Shown: in pieces, positions 18,663-26,205 of the stretch
How the letters are laid out: each line of letters starts with the position of its first letter
Numbering within the stretch: the first letter of the stretch is position 1
Virus record (IMG/VR): IMGVR_UViG_3300010361_000019
Span: 1 to 41,712 of that record
Length of the DNA stretch: 41,712 bases
Direction: 5' to 3' (one strand)
Source: a virus
Lineage: Duplodnaviria; Caudoviricetes
Position numbers and translations under genes: made by a program
The notes under the pieces: model-generated
What the model saw: only the letters and a program-made list of their open reading frames with translations
Database searches by the model: none
What the model was told of the DNA's origin: nothing

Positions 18663-18682
18663 GGCACAGGCTCCTGTGCCGT
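18661..18682 (-). promoter_or_regulatory. Perfect hairpin covering the RBS and start codon of the adaptor gene
   Basis: Minus strand ACGGCACAG-GAGC-CTGTGCCGT; AGGAG sits at the apex and the GTG start begins in the 3' arm. Confidence 0.6.
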
Positions 18683-18683
18683 A

Positions 18684-18938
18684 TTATGATACGCGCTTCA
18701 CATAAATTAAATTGGGTCGTGAGCGTTCTGCATCGATAGTATACCAAGCCTGCGATCCATCGGCTCTCTTACACAAAACCTGATTGCCGGTTCGCATGAC
18801 CATTTGCAGCGCAGTAAACGTCTGCGCGCAGGTATTGCCATCGGCATCAATGTCCGGGAGCGTCACCACGACGTTGAAGGGGTTCTTCTCCCGGATAGCA
18901 GTCGTGCCGATAGAGTAGGTCGGGTTCGTCTTTACCAT
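18684..18938 (-). CDS. Hypothetical protein
   Basis: 84 aa, TGATG overlap with the upstream gene. Confidence 0.65.
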   Translation of the reverse strand: MVKTNPTYSIGTTAIREKNPFNVVVTLPDIDADGNTCAQTFTALQMVMRTGNQVLCKRADGSQAWYTIDAERSRPNLIYVKRVS

Positions 18939-20095
18939 CAGTTCTTCAGCGGCTGGATCACGAAGATGTCCTGGGTCGTGCCCATGGTCAGCGCGATGGT
19001 CGAGCCAACCGGCGTTCCTGCCGCACCGCCTGCCTGCTGCGACGGCTGCGGTGTGCCTTCAAACAGCCCGCCGTCAATGATGGTCGCAAGCTGCGCCGCC
19101 ACCGTGCCAAGCGCGGTAACGGTCGTGGTCGCCTGTAACGGGCGCGGCTTGAACGTCAAGTGCAGGAAGTCCGGACCATTGGTGATCGTGCCCACGCTGG
19201 GAGCGCCGCCGGTCGAGGTCACACCAGCGCCCAACGTGCCCCAGCCGGTTCCCGTACCGGACAAGCTGACTGCCGTCGTGGTCATCATAAAGACCGGCGC
19301 GATGGTGGCATTGGAGCCGACACCCGCAGGTGTCAAGGTGAGGTTGCCCGGCGTGAGCGTGTTGCCGTTATTGGTGCAAATAACGGCTGTAATCGACCCA
19401 GAACCCACTGTCTGGACCGTAATTGTCGCCGCCGTAATGCCGGTCGCAAGATTGGGATCGAACGGCGACGGCACCACAACCACGGTTGGAGCGGTCGGAT
19501 ACCCTGCGCCCGGATTGTTGAAGGTGAAGCCGGAAACCGTACCGGACGCGATGGCGGCCCATCCAGACGCCTGGATACCACCGATGCCGTTCGGATTGGT
19601 TTCGTTGTTAGGGGGCGGCGGGATAAAGACCAGGGGAGCCACACCATAGCCCGCCCCCGCCGCCGTAACGGTTGCGTTGCCCAATTGGCCACCGACAATC
19701 GGTGCCCAAGTCGAGCCGCCGCCACCGGTAACTCCGATAGTGGTCGAGGACTGCACCCAGCCGCCCCCGTACTGGATGATCGTCGCCGCGACCGGACAAC
19801 CGGTCATATTGGCGATGCGGACAGAAAACCCGTCAGAGGCGATAATCCGGTGACCGGGCTCCCACGCACACGATGCCGCATTGCTCCAGGCATTGGTGAC
19901 CGGATCGAGATACTGGAGAACGCAATACATGCCCTCCGTGATGATCCAGTCGCCGCGCGGGATGACGAACGACTGACCGCCAGCCAAGGCGACCTTGTTC
20001 GATGAGGCGTCGTAGGGCGAGTTGGCCAGTTCCGAAGGATAGAGGTTCTGCGGATACTGAAGGCCCTGTCCAGGACCTGCGAGCGGGCCGGGCAT
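18938..20095 (-). CDS. Capsid decoration/minor structural protein, Thr/Gly rich
   Basis: Directly after the MCP with a strong AGGAG RBS; GAGY..AP.V repeats. Confidence 0.65.
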   Translation of the reverse strand: MPGPLAGPGQGLQYPQNLYPSELANSPYDASSNKVALAGGQSFVIPRGDWIITEGMYCVLQYLDPVTNAWSNAASCAWEPGHRIIASDGFSVRIANMTGCPVAATIIQYGGGWVQSSTTIGVTGGGGSTWAPIVGGQLGNATVTAAGAGYGVAPLVFIPPPPNNETNPNGIGGIQASGWAAIASGTVSGFTFNNPGAGYPTAPTVVVVPSPFDPNLATGITAATITVQTVGSGSITAVICTNNGNTLTPGNLTLTPAGVGSNATIAPVFMMTTTAVSLSGTGTGWGTLGAGVTSTGGAPSVGTITNGPDFLHLTFKPRPLQATTTVTALGTVAAQLATIIDGGLFEGTPQPSQQAGGAAGTPVGSTIALTMGTTQDIFVIQPLKN

Positions 20096-20114
20096 TGTGT
20101 TCTCTCTCCTCTAC

Positions 20115-21167
20115 CTAGAACTGCGCGCCGCCAAGCGTACCGGTCGTCGTGGCATTGGCGGACGGTTTGCCGGTACAGACCTCGTAGCCGACGACGGTCA
20201 CCCCCTGCTGACCGATTTGTCCAAGGGGGACAAGGCTATAGAAGCCACTGAAATCAAAGGCTGCGTCCTCTGACAGGTACATTGCCGTGTACTTGCAATT
20301 GACGGCGAATATCTGCCCCTTGGGACAGAAGTGATCATTGAAGACCGGCACCCCCGATACGACGAGGTTCGGGAAGCTGGTCCGGACCTGGGTGTCCATG
20401 GTGTACGGATTGCCGACCACCGGGTTCAACTGCTCGATCCCGATAAAGCTGTTGTTCAGCGTGGCGTAGTCGCCGGGCGACATGACGACGAAGGTTGGAG
20501 CCTCGCCACCGGCTGCATCCGTGACCTGCGCCATGAAGGTCGCCATGGTCGAGCGGTTAAAGCCAAGCGTCGATACCGTGGCCGTGCTGTACGCCCCAGC
20601 CGCCAGATTGATCAGTTGCCCCTGGAACGCGCTGTTGCCTTGAGCGGTACGATTGATGCCGCCGTAGGTCGGAAAGTTCACCCCGTTGTCGAAGGCGTTC
20701 AGGAAGCTATCCGGGAGAAGGGCATTGGTCGTGTTGTTGGTATAGAGCAACCGCGCCATGTTCTGGCGGGTAACCGCATACACGTCGTTCATGCGGGCCT
20801 TGAGGAGAGAAATCTCCCGGTCGGTCGCCTGGATCACGGTTTCGCCGAACGGCAGCGGAACCGGGACTACCCAGTAATACAGAGCGAACTGAAGGTTCTG
20901 TATCCCCGGCGTGATGACGGGGCTGTTAAAGCCGCCGCCGTAGCCGACGAACTGGCCTTGCACCATGCTCTGCCCTTGGGCCGGGATGGTGATCTGGTTG
21001 AGGCCGCCTGCCGCGCGCTGGGCATTGCCGATCATGTAGTACAGAGACGGCGAGCCGAAGTAGATTTGGACAAACAGCCGGGGCACAAATGCGCGGCGGG
21101 TAACTGCGGAAAGCTCGTTATAGAGCGAACCCGCAGCGGGAACTGCGCCAATACCGGGGAGCGGCAT
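20115..21167 (-). CDS. Major capsid protein (HK97 fold)
   Basis: 350 aa after the scaffold, strong RBS, high GC3; 'TYGGINR', 'PTFVVMS', 'GVPVFNDHFCPKG' capsid-like pattern. Confidence 0.85.
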   Translation of the reverse strand: MPLPGIGAVPAAGSLYNELSAVTRRAFVPRLFVQIYFGSPSLYYMIGNAQRAAGGLNQITIPAQGQSMVQGQFVGYGGGFNSPVITPGIQNLQFALYYWVVPVPLPFGETVIQATDREISLLKARMNDVYAVTRQNMARLLYTNNTTNALLPDSFLNAFDNGVNFPTYGGINRTAQGNSAFQGQLINLAAGAYSTATVSTLGFNRSTMATFMAQVTDAAGGEAPTFVVMSPGDYATLNNSFIGIEQLNPVVGNPYTMDTQVRTSFPNLVVSGVPVFNDHFCPKGQIFAVNCKYTAMYLSEDAAFDFSGFYSLVPLGQIGQQGVTVVGYEVCTGKPSANATTTGTLGGAQF

Positions 21168-21180
21168 CTTCTATTCTCCT

Positions 21181-21789
21181 CTACCTCCGCCTGTTCGCTT
21201 GTGCGACCTGCTGGCGAAAATCGGTGAGCGCATCGCGCGCCATCTTGTCCGTGAGCACATCGCTATTGCCACGGGTGTCGATCAGACGCTTGATGTCACT
21301 GTCTTTGTCTTCGGGTGATGTTTCGAGGAAGTTCCAAGACCCGACACCGCCGGGCATGGTCGGCGCGGGCGGCGGGTTCTTCTTTTCCCAAATGGTAAGG
21401 GCGTCTTCGTGGTCGATGATGCCCTTCGGCTCCATGATCTCTTTTTCGATCTTGTCGATAGCCGCGTCAGAGAAGCCCTGGTCCTTAAGTTTCTGGCGAC
21501 CAGTCTCCCATTTGGACCTCAGTAGCCCCTGCGACCTTTCCTCTTCGTCCTTCTTTCTCTGGTCTTCATTTTCTTTCCTCATGTCCGCGAGTTGCTTTTC
21601 GAGCGTGCTGACACGTTCGTTGGCGATCTTGTCGGCATCGGCCAATGGTGTAGAGACGTTGGGGTCGATCTCTTTGTGCATCGTCTCCAGCGCACGCGCG
21701 TTCTTCGGGTTCGATGCAATCTTTCGCATCGTCGCCAGAGTACGCTGACCCAAATTCCATTGCTCCTCGTCTACTTCGATCTTGGCCAT
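21181..21789 (-). CDS. Capsid scaffolding protein
   Basis: Charged coiled-coil protein immediately upstream of the MCP. Confidence 0.65.
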   Translation of the reverse strand: MAKIEVDEEQWNLGQRTLATMRKIASNPKNARALETMHKEIDPNVSTPLADADKIANERVSTLEKQLADMRKENEDQRKKDEEERSQGLLRSKWETGRQKLKDQGFSDAAIDKIEKEIMEPKGIIDHEDALTIWEKKNPPPAPTMPGGVGSWNFLETSPEDKDSDIKRLIDTRGNSDVLTDKMARDALTDFRQQVAQANRRR

Positions 21790-21981
21790 TTATTTGGACC
21801 CGCCAGGAGACGTGCTGGCATTCGGAACGTGCGAGATCGGCAGTTCCTTGGAGATGTGCGTTGCCGGAAGATGACTGTGCCGACCGCCGATGTCGGCTTG
21901 CATCAGATCGACGCGAACAATTTGTTCGTCGCTTTCCGGGATGGACTTCGCGCTGTTCTGAAAGATGTTCAGGTTGCTCAT
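21790..21981 (-). CDS. Small hypothetical head-module protein
   Basis: 63 aa, AGGAG RBS, ATGA overlap. Confidence 0.65.
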   Translation of the reverse strand: MSNLNIFQNSAKSIPESDEQIVRVDLMQADIGGRHSHLPATHISKELPISHVPNASTSPGGSK

Positions 21982-22178
21982 GTCTTGGCTCCTAAGTTTC
22001 GATTGGGAAGATTGCGGACGTTGCGATCAAAGTCCTGGCTGTGCTGACTGCCAAAACCGCCTTGATCAAGAAAGCCGTAAAGATCGCCGCTGCCCTCATC
22101 GGGTGCCTGCAACGCGCGCATGGGTTTGCCACCGTTGTAGATCAGTCCGCGATGATTGAGATTTTCAAAGATATCCAT
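21978..22178 (-). CDS. Small hypothetical head-module protein
   Basis: 66 aa, abuts both neighbours. Confidence 0.6.
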   Translation of the reverse strand: MDIFENLNHRGLIYNGGKPMRALQAPDEGSGDLYGFLDQGGFGSQHSQDFDRNVRNLPNRNLGAKT

Positions 22179-22595
22179 TTAAGCCGCCATTCCGGGTGGG
22201 CCGCCTGCTCCCGGAGGACCACCACCGCCACCACCGGCTTGTTGCTTCATCGCTTGAGCGCGTAACGATTGAGCCATCTGGTTCTGCTGGGCATTGCGCA
22301 TCTGCGCTTGATCCATGACGTTCTTCTGCCCCGCAGGCGATGAGCTACCGGGAGGAGCTAATTTTATTACATCACCAAGCAACTTGTGAATTTTCTGCCC
22401 CAGTTCTGAAGTCGCTCCTGCTTGCGACAAGGCGTGCGTCAAAAGCTGACTGACATTGCCGAGAACTTGGATCGCCGCCGCCTCGCCACCGCGATTTGGC
22501 GTAGGCGACGTTGCACTCGTTGACCCCATAGGAGCACCACCCGCGCCGGGCGCGGGTGTCGGTCTTCCGGCAACAGGTGGTGCAAGTTGAGGCAT
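22179..22595 (-). CDS. Pro/Gly/Gln-rich hypothetical head-module protein
   Basis: 138 aa low-complexity protein with a central helix pair. Confidence 0.65.
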   Translation of the reverse strand: MPQLAPPVAGRPTPAPGAGGAPMGSTSATSPTPNRGGEAAAIQVLGNVSQLLTHALSQAGATSELGQKIHKLLGDVIKLAPPGSSSPAGQKNVMDQAQMRNAQQNQMAQSLRAQAMKQQAGGGGGGPPGAGGPPGMAA

Positions 22596-22607
22596 CGTAT
22601 CAGCAAC

Positions 22608-22646
22608 AAAAGCGGCGGATCGCTTCCCGCAGACCCGCCGCGTTTT
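22608..22646 (-). terminator. Intrinsic terminator-like hairpin (possibly bidirectional)
   Basis: Minus strand AAAAC-GCGGCGGGTC-TGCGGGAAGC-GATCCGCCGC-TTTTGTTG; 10-bp GC-rich stem with one G-U pair. Confidence 0.6.
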
Positions 22647-22660
22647 CCACCCAGAGAGGG

Positions 22661-22708
22661 TTATCTGCGACGGTGCTTACGACCGCGCCGATTTCTAACG
22701 AGTTCCAT
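22661..22708 (-). CDS. 15-aa Arg-rich micropeptide MELVRNRRGRKHRRR
   Basis: GGAG 7 nt upstream of ATG 22708; TAA at 22661-22663. Confidence 0.55.
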   Translation of the reverse strand: MELVRNRRGRKHRRR

Positions 22709-22796
22709 CGGGTCACTCCATATTGTCAGGGCGAGCGATCAGCCCTGCCGGTTAACGGCTACACCGCCGCAACATTTGGGAGAATTATCCGGCAAG

Positions 22797-22826
22797 TTGA
22801 CAAAGGCTAGTAGTGCTCTGTACGGT
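22797..22826 (+). promoter_or_regulatory. Candidate sigma70 promoter for the HTH gene pair
   Basis: TTGACA-N18-TACGGT, with a second TTGACA at 22827-22832. Confidence 0.4.
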
Positions 22827-22861
22827 TTGACACGCTCCTGCCGACTACTGTGTGACACCGC

Positions 22862-23149
22862 ATGGCGAAGCTTGAAGATTTACCGATGTGGGGGGTGAAG
22901 GAAGTCGCACATTATTTTCGCATCAGCGACAGTTCGGTCTGGGAAATGGCGCGCATACCGCGCAACAAAGGCGGACCACCGATATGCCGGATCGGACGCA
23001 TCATTCGATTTCCTACACAGCAATTCCTAGAGTGGGCGCAAGCTTCAAAGCCGTTCAAGACACTGCGGCCAAGCCGTAAGAGGAAGCGAAATGTTCTCAA
23101 TGACAATCGTGTTCGGCGCATCAGCCGTTCCGTGGACGCTGCTGTTTAA
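22862..23149 (+). CDS. Excisionase/AlpA-like helix-turn-helix DNA-binding protein
   Basis: 'WGVKEVAHYFRISDSSVWEMA...PPICRIGRIIRFPTQQFLEW', a MerR-superfamily HTH_17 pattern. Confidence 0.8.
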   Translation: MAKLEDLPMWGVKEVAHYFRISDSSVWEMARIPRNKGGPPICRIGRIIRFPTQQFLEWAQASKPFKTLRPSRKRKRNVLNDNRVRRISRSVDAAV

Positions 23150-23474
23150 GACCCAAGAGGCGTTCAACGAGGCTGTCGTCAGTCTCAAGAACCCGGCTAC
23201 TTTTGAGAGCCAGAGCTTCGATATGACTGACGACTACGGTCAGCACATCTCGATCAAGCGCGACAGCATTCAAGGCGTGATGTTTGAGGACATGACCAAG
23301 TCCAAGCTCGCGCATATCGAGCGCGGCCTGCATCAGATGCGGGTACAGATTGAAGCCAACAACATGGGCAAGGCGGACCCGGCTATCGGGCCGTATCTAA
23401 TGCAGATGGCGCGAGCGCAGGGAGCACCTTCCGTCATTAGCCCGTTTGGTCCTAACGGAGCATTCCGCCAGTAG
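23091..23474 (+). CDS. Hypothetical protein
   Basis: 127 aa, GAGGA RBS, protein-like composition. Confidence 0.65.
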   Translation: MFSMTIVFGASAVPWTLLFKTQEAFNEAVVSLKNPATFESQSFDMTDDYGQHISIKRDSIQGVMFEDMTKSKLAHIERGLHQMRVQIEANNMGKADPAIGPYLMQMARAQGAPSVISPFGPNGAFRQ

Positions 23475-23868
23475 GCTGCGCACCGACGCCCCCGCCGAAG
23501 CCGTCGATAATTTTCTGCCAAGCCGCATTATTGCCGCCGAACAGATTAGCCATCCAACTCAATTGTTGCTGCATGGGAAGGTTATCAAAAGTATTGAATG
23601 AGTTCTGAAACTGGCTCATGGCGGCCGGGGGCAATCCGGTTAGAAACGTATTGATATCGAAATTCTCTCTGCCAAACGGTTGACCGCGCTTATCGCCAAA
23701 GCCGAACATCTGCGACCGGTTGGCTTGGTTGCGCTGCATCGCTGCTTCCATTGGGTGAAGAAACCCGCCGCCGTCGCCAACCTGCTGGCTGACGGGCAAG
23801 CTCCCAAACTGCGGATTAGCTTGCGCTATCCCACCCGGCTGGCCGCCTGCTTTGGGATCGGTCGCCAT
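23452..23868 (-). CDS. Gln/Gly/Phe-rich hypothetical protein
   Basis: TAATG coupling to the portal gene. Confidence 0.55.
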   Translation of the reverse strand: MATDPKAGGQPGGIAQANPQFGSLPVSQQVGDGGGFLHPMEAAMQRNQANRSQMFGFGDKRGQPFGRENFDINTFLTGLPPAAMSQFQNSFNTFDNLPMQQQLSWMANLFGGNNAAWQKIIDGFGGGVGAQPTGGMLR

Positions 23869-25625
23869 TACTTGTGTTTCCCGCCGGTTAGCTGCTTCTC
23901 CATCAGCTTCTCAGCCAATTGCGGATGCTGCTGTTGCATCTGCTGGAACATCTGGCGCTGTTGATCCTTGCGCTCCTTGTTGCCCAGCTTGGCAATCTCC
24001 TTGTTCGGCAGCGCGGTATTATCGATCACGTAATCATCGTCCACAATCCCGCGCTGGTGAGCGGCCATGACCAACTGCGTATTCTCGTCGGAGAAGATCG
24101 GCGACGAAGAGTGGCTGTCTACCGTAATGCGCCAATCGGCGGGCAAGTCGCTCAACAGAAACTTGGTCTTCTCGATGTTCTCCACGACAGGATCGGCCGC
24201 GCTCGTCCAATAGAAGCTCTCATCCTTTAGCTCGCGCAGCGAAGCGGTGAGGTCGGCGCACTCCGCGCACTGCCGTTCGATGATCAGGGCACGATCCCGC
24301 AACGTCGGCGAGGCGGTCTTCATCAGCATGTTAGCGTGACTGCCCGCGCGCACGCCTTGCTCGCCCTGGCCCTGCATGATCTTGGGGAACCCGCGCAGGA
24401 TGTTGATCTGCTCCTGTATCCACTGAAGCAACTCCAACGCTTCCGGCGGTATCTTCGGCGTCAGATCGTTGACCGTCGCTCCTTGCCCCAGACTGCCGTA
24501 ACCGGCAGCGCGGAACTGGGCGTAGAGTTCGTCCGTGATTGTCGTGTCACCGGCAAAGAAGATCAGTTTGTCAACCTGCAAGCCGTACATGCGCTTGAGG
24601 TCTTCGCACCATTGCGAGAGCAATGCCTGCGGCTCGATCAGATCGACTAGCTCTGAGCGTCCCCAGAACCATCCCGTGGTTTCGTTGGGTTGGATAAGTC
24701 GGTAAGGCTGTAATCCACTACCACGTCCCAAAAGATTACCCTTCCGGAACACAACGTCCCCGTCCATGTGGGGGGTGACGATGATGTCTGGCTCGATAAG
24801 TTGGATGGTGGTGTAGTCATGTTCATCTTTCACCCATAGCTCGTGCATGATGACGAGCGCAGCGGCGACCACCGGCCCCATCAAGGAATAGTTCGGATCA
24901 TTGTTGAGTTGCACGATGCCGCCGGGAACCGGCGACACCATGCTCTGGATGCCGGTATTGATCTGCGAGGTCGATAACACCTGATGGAAGAAGCTTGACG
25001 GCTCGCCTGTCGCCTGACCGGCGCGGGCGTGGGTCATAATCCGTGTGTAGAGCTTCTCGGCGTTCGGCATGCGCCAGATACGCTGCCAGACCTCCGGGCC
25101 TGTTAGAGTAGAAGTCTCACACAGTATCTCTTGCCGGTCGATCTTGTTCTCGTCCTCGCGCCAGACCCCGAAGTTCCATGGCATGACGATCTTATCGTGG
25201 TAGACCGGATGTTCGTCGTCACCCTCGTAGCTGACGAACTGCTTCATCAGCGCAGCGCCGTATTTGAGGCTCTCAAAGACACCGCGCCCGAACGCAATAT
25301 CCGTCGAGTTACGCTCCCAGATGCGGGTGACGCCCTTCGCCGCTTCGTGCCCGCGCTGATAGATTTGCCTGGGGTACGGGCGCTCAAAGTCCATCGAGAA
25401 CTTGAGTTCTACCGGAGAGAACAGATGCGCAGCGGTTTCATCCACCGCCTTGTGCAGCATGTTGATCAGCGACTTGGTGCCGTCATAGCGCCCTGTCTCG
25501 CACAGCGCATTCATGGTGCGGTAGTAGGCCGCCCGCATGCCCTGGCTGGCGCGGCACTGCTCCACCCACTCCTCTGTCTTGGCAAGGAGATCGCGTTTAC
25601 GCTCCGGTATGCCCTCTGGGATCAT
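23868..25625 (-). CDS. Portal protein
   Basis: 585 aa downstream of TerL; 'SLKYGAALMK', 'WFWGRSELVDLIEPQ', 'QGEQGVRAGSHA', Gln-rich tail. Confidence 0.85.
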   Translation of the reverse strand: MIPEGIPERKRDLLAKTEEWVEQCRASQGMRAAYYRTMNALCETGRYDGTKSLINMLHKAVDETAAHLFSPVELKFSMDFERPYPRQIYQRGHEAAKGVTRIWERNSTDIAFGRGVFESLKYGAALMKQFVSYEGDDEHPVYHDKIVMPWNFGVWREDENKIDRQEILCETSTLTGPEVWQRIWRMPNAEKLYTRIMTHARAGQATGEPSSFFHQVLSTSQINTGIQSMVSPVPGGIVQLNNDPNYSLMGPVVAAALVIMHELWVKDEHDYTTIQLIEPDIIVTPHMDGDVVFRKGNLLGRGSGLQPYRLIQPNETTGWFWGRSELVDLIEPQALLSQWCEDLKRMYGLQVDKLIFFAGDTTITDELYAQFRAAGYGSLGQGATVNDLTPKIPPEALELLQWIQEQINILRGFPKIMQGQGEQGVRAGSHANMLMKTASPTLRDRALIIERQCAECADLTASLRELKDESFYWTSAADPVVENIEKTKFLLSDLPADWRITVDSHSSSPIFSDENTQLVMAAHQRGIVDDDYVIDNTALPNKEIAKLGNKERKDQQRQMFQQMQQQHPQLAEKLMEKQLTGGKHK

Positions 25626-26122
25626 TTGAACGTAGCCCCAAGCTTATTGGACCGCGCATTCGGATTGATCTTATCCAAGACACCCGCCCCGGATCGAGGC
25701 GCATAGCCCTGGTTGACGTTAGCGGCAAATCCGCTGCCATCGACAAACCCGGCCTGCTGTCCTGCCGCCCGCATCTGATCCATCCTATCCGTAACAGCAT
25801 TGCGCACCGGCATGGCGTATGTCTCGCCCTCATGCACGTTGTCGCGGAGATTGGTTATCTTGAGATGGGACATTTCAGAAACGGGCACCCCAGCCACCCG
25901 CGCCGCCTCTTCGGCGCGGTGGATCGACGCCGTTTCCATGTCCCGGTAGACCTTGTCCGTCGCCTTGGTGGTTGCAGAACGTAGCGAGGGCATAGGTATA
26001 ACAGTATCGTCCGGTTCCTCTGCTTCATGGCCGCAGAACGGGCAGACCCCGTAAACCGTCTTGCTGTAGAACTTATTGGCGCATTCTGGGCACTGGACCC
26101 GCACCTTGACCACCGTTTCCAT
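25622..26122 (-). CDS. Zinc-ribbon protein between terminase and portal
   Basis: CPEC...CPFCG; start reassigned to ATG 26122. Confidence 0.65.
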   Translation of the reverse strand: METVVKVRVQCPECANKFYSKTVYGVCPFCGHEAEEPDDTVIPMPSLRSATTKATDKVYRDMETASIHRAEEAARVAGVPVSEMSHLKITNLRDNVHEGETYAMPVRNAVTDRMDQMRAAGQQAGFVDGSGFAANVNQGYAPRSGAGVLDKINPNARSNKLGATFK

Positions 26123-26169
26123 CCGGAGTAAATCTCCGCTTGACCTTGCCGCCAAGCTGGTCGTTTTCG

Positions 26170-26203
26170 GAAGCCCCGGCACGCCACATTTGCCGGGGTT
26201 TTC
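26170..26203. terminator. Hairpin just downstream of terL
   Basis: CCCCGGCA-N9-TGCCGGGG; T-rich tail (TTTTCATTT) on the + strand only. Confidence 0.4.
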
Positions 26204-26205
26204 AT

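Noticed and set aside
4526-21227. Long + strand ORFs (e.g. 4526-5383, 11903-12784, 18804-19649, 19160-20005, 20331-21227)
   Set aside because: They are antisense shadows of well-supported minus-strand genes in GC-rich DNA, with no recognisable motifs.
22862-23149. Prophage integration module
   Set aside because: Only an excisionase-like HTH is present; no integrase, att site, tRNA or host genes are visible in the window.
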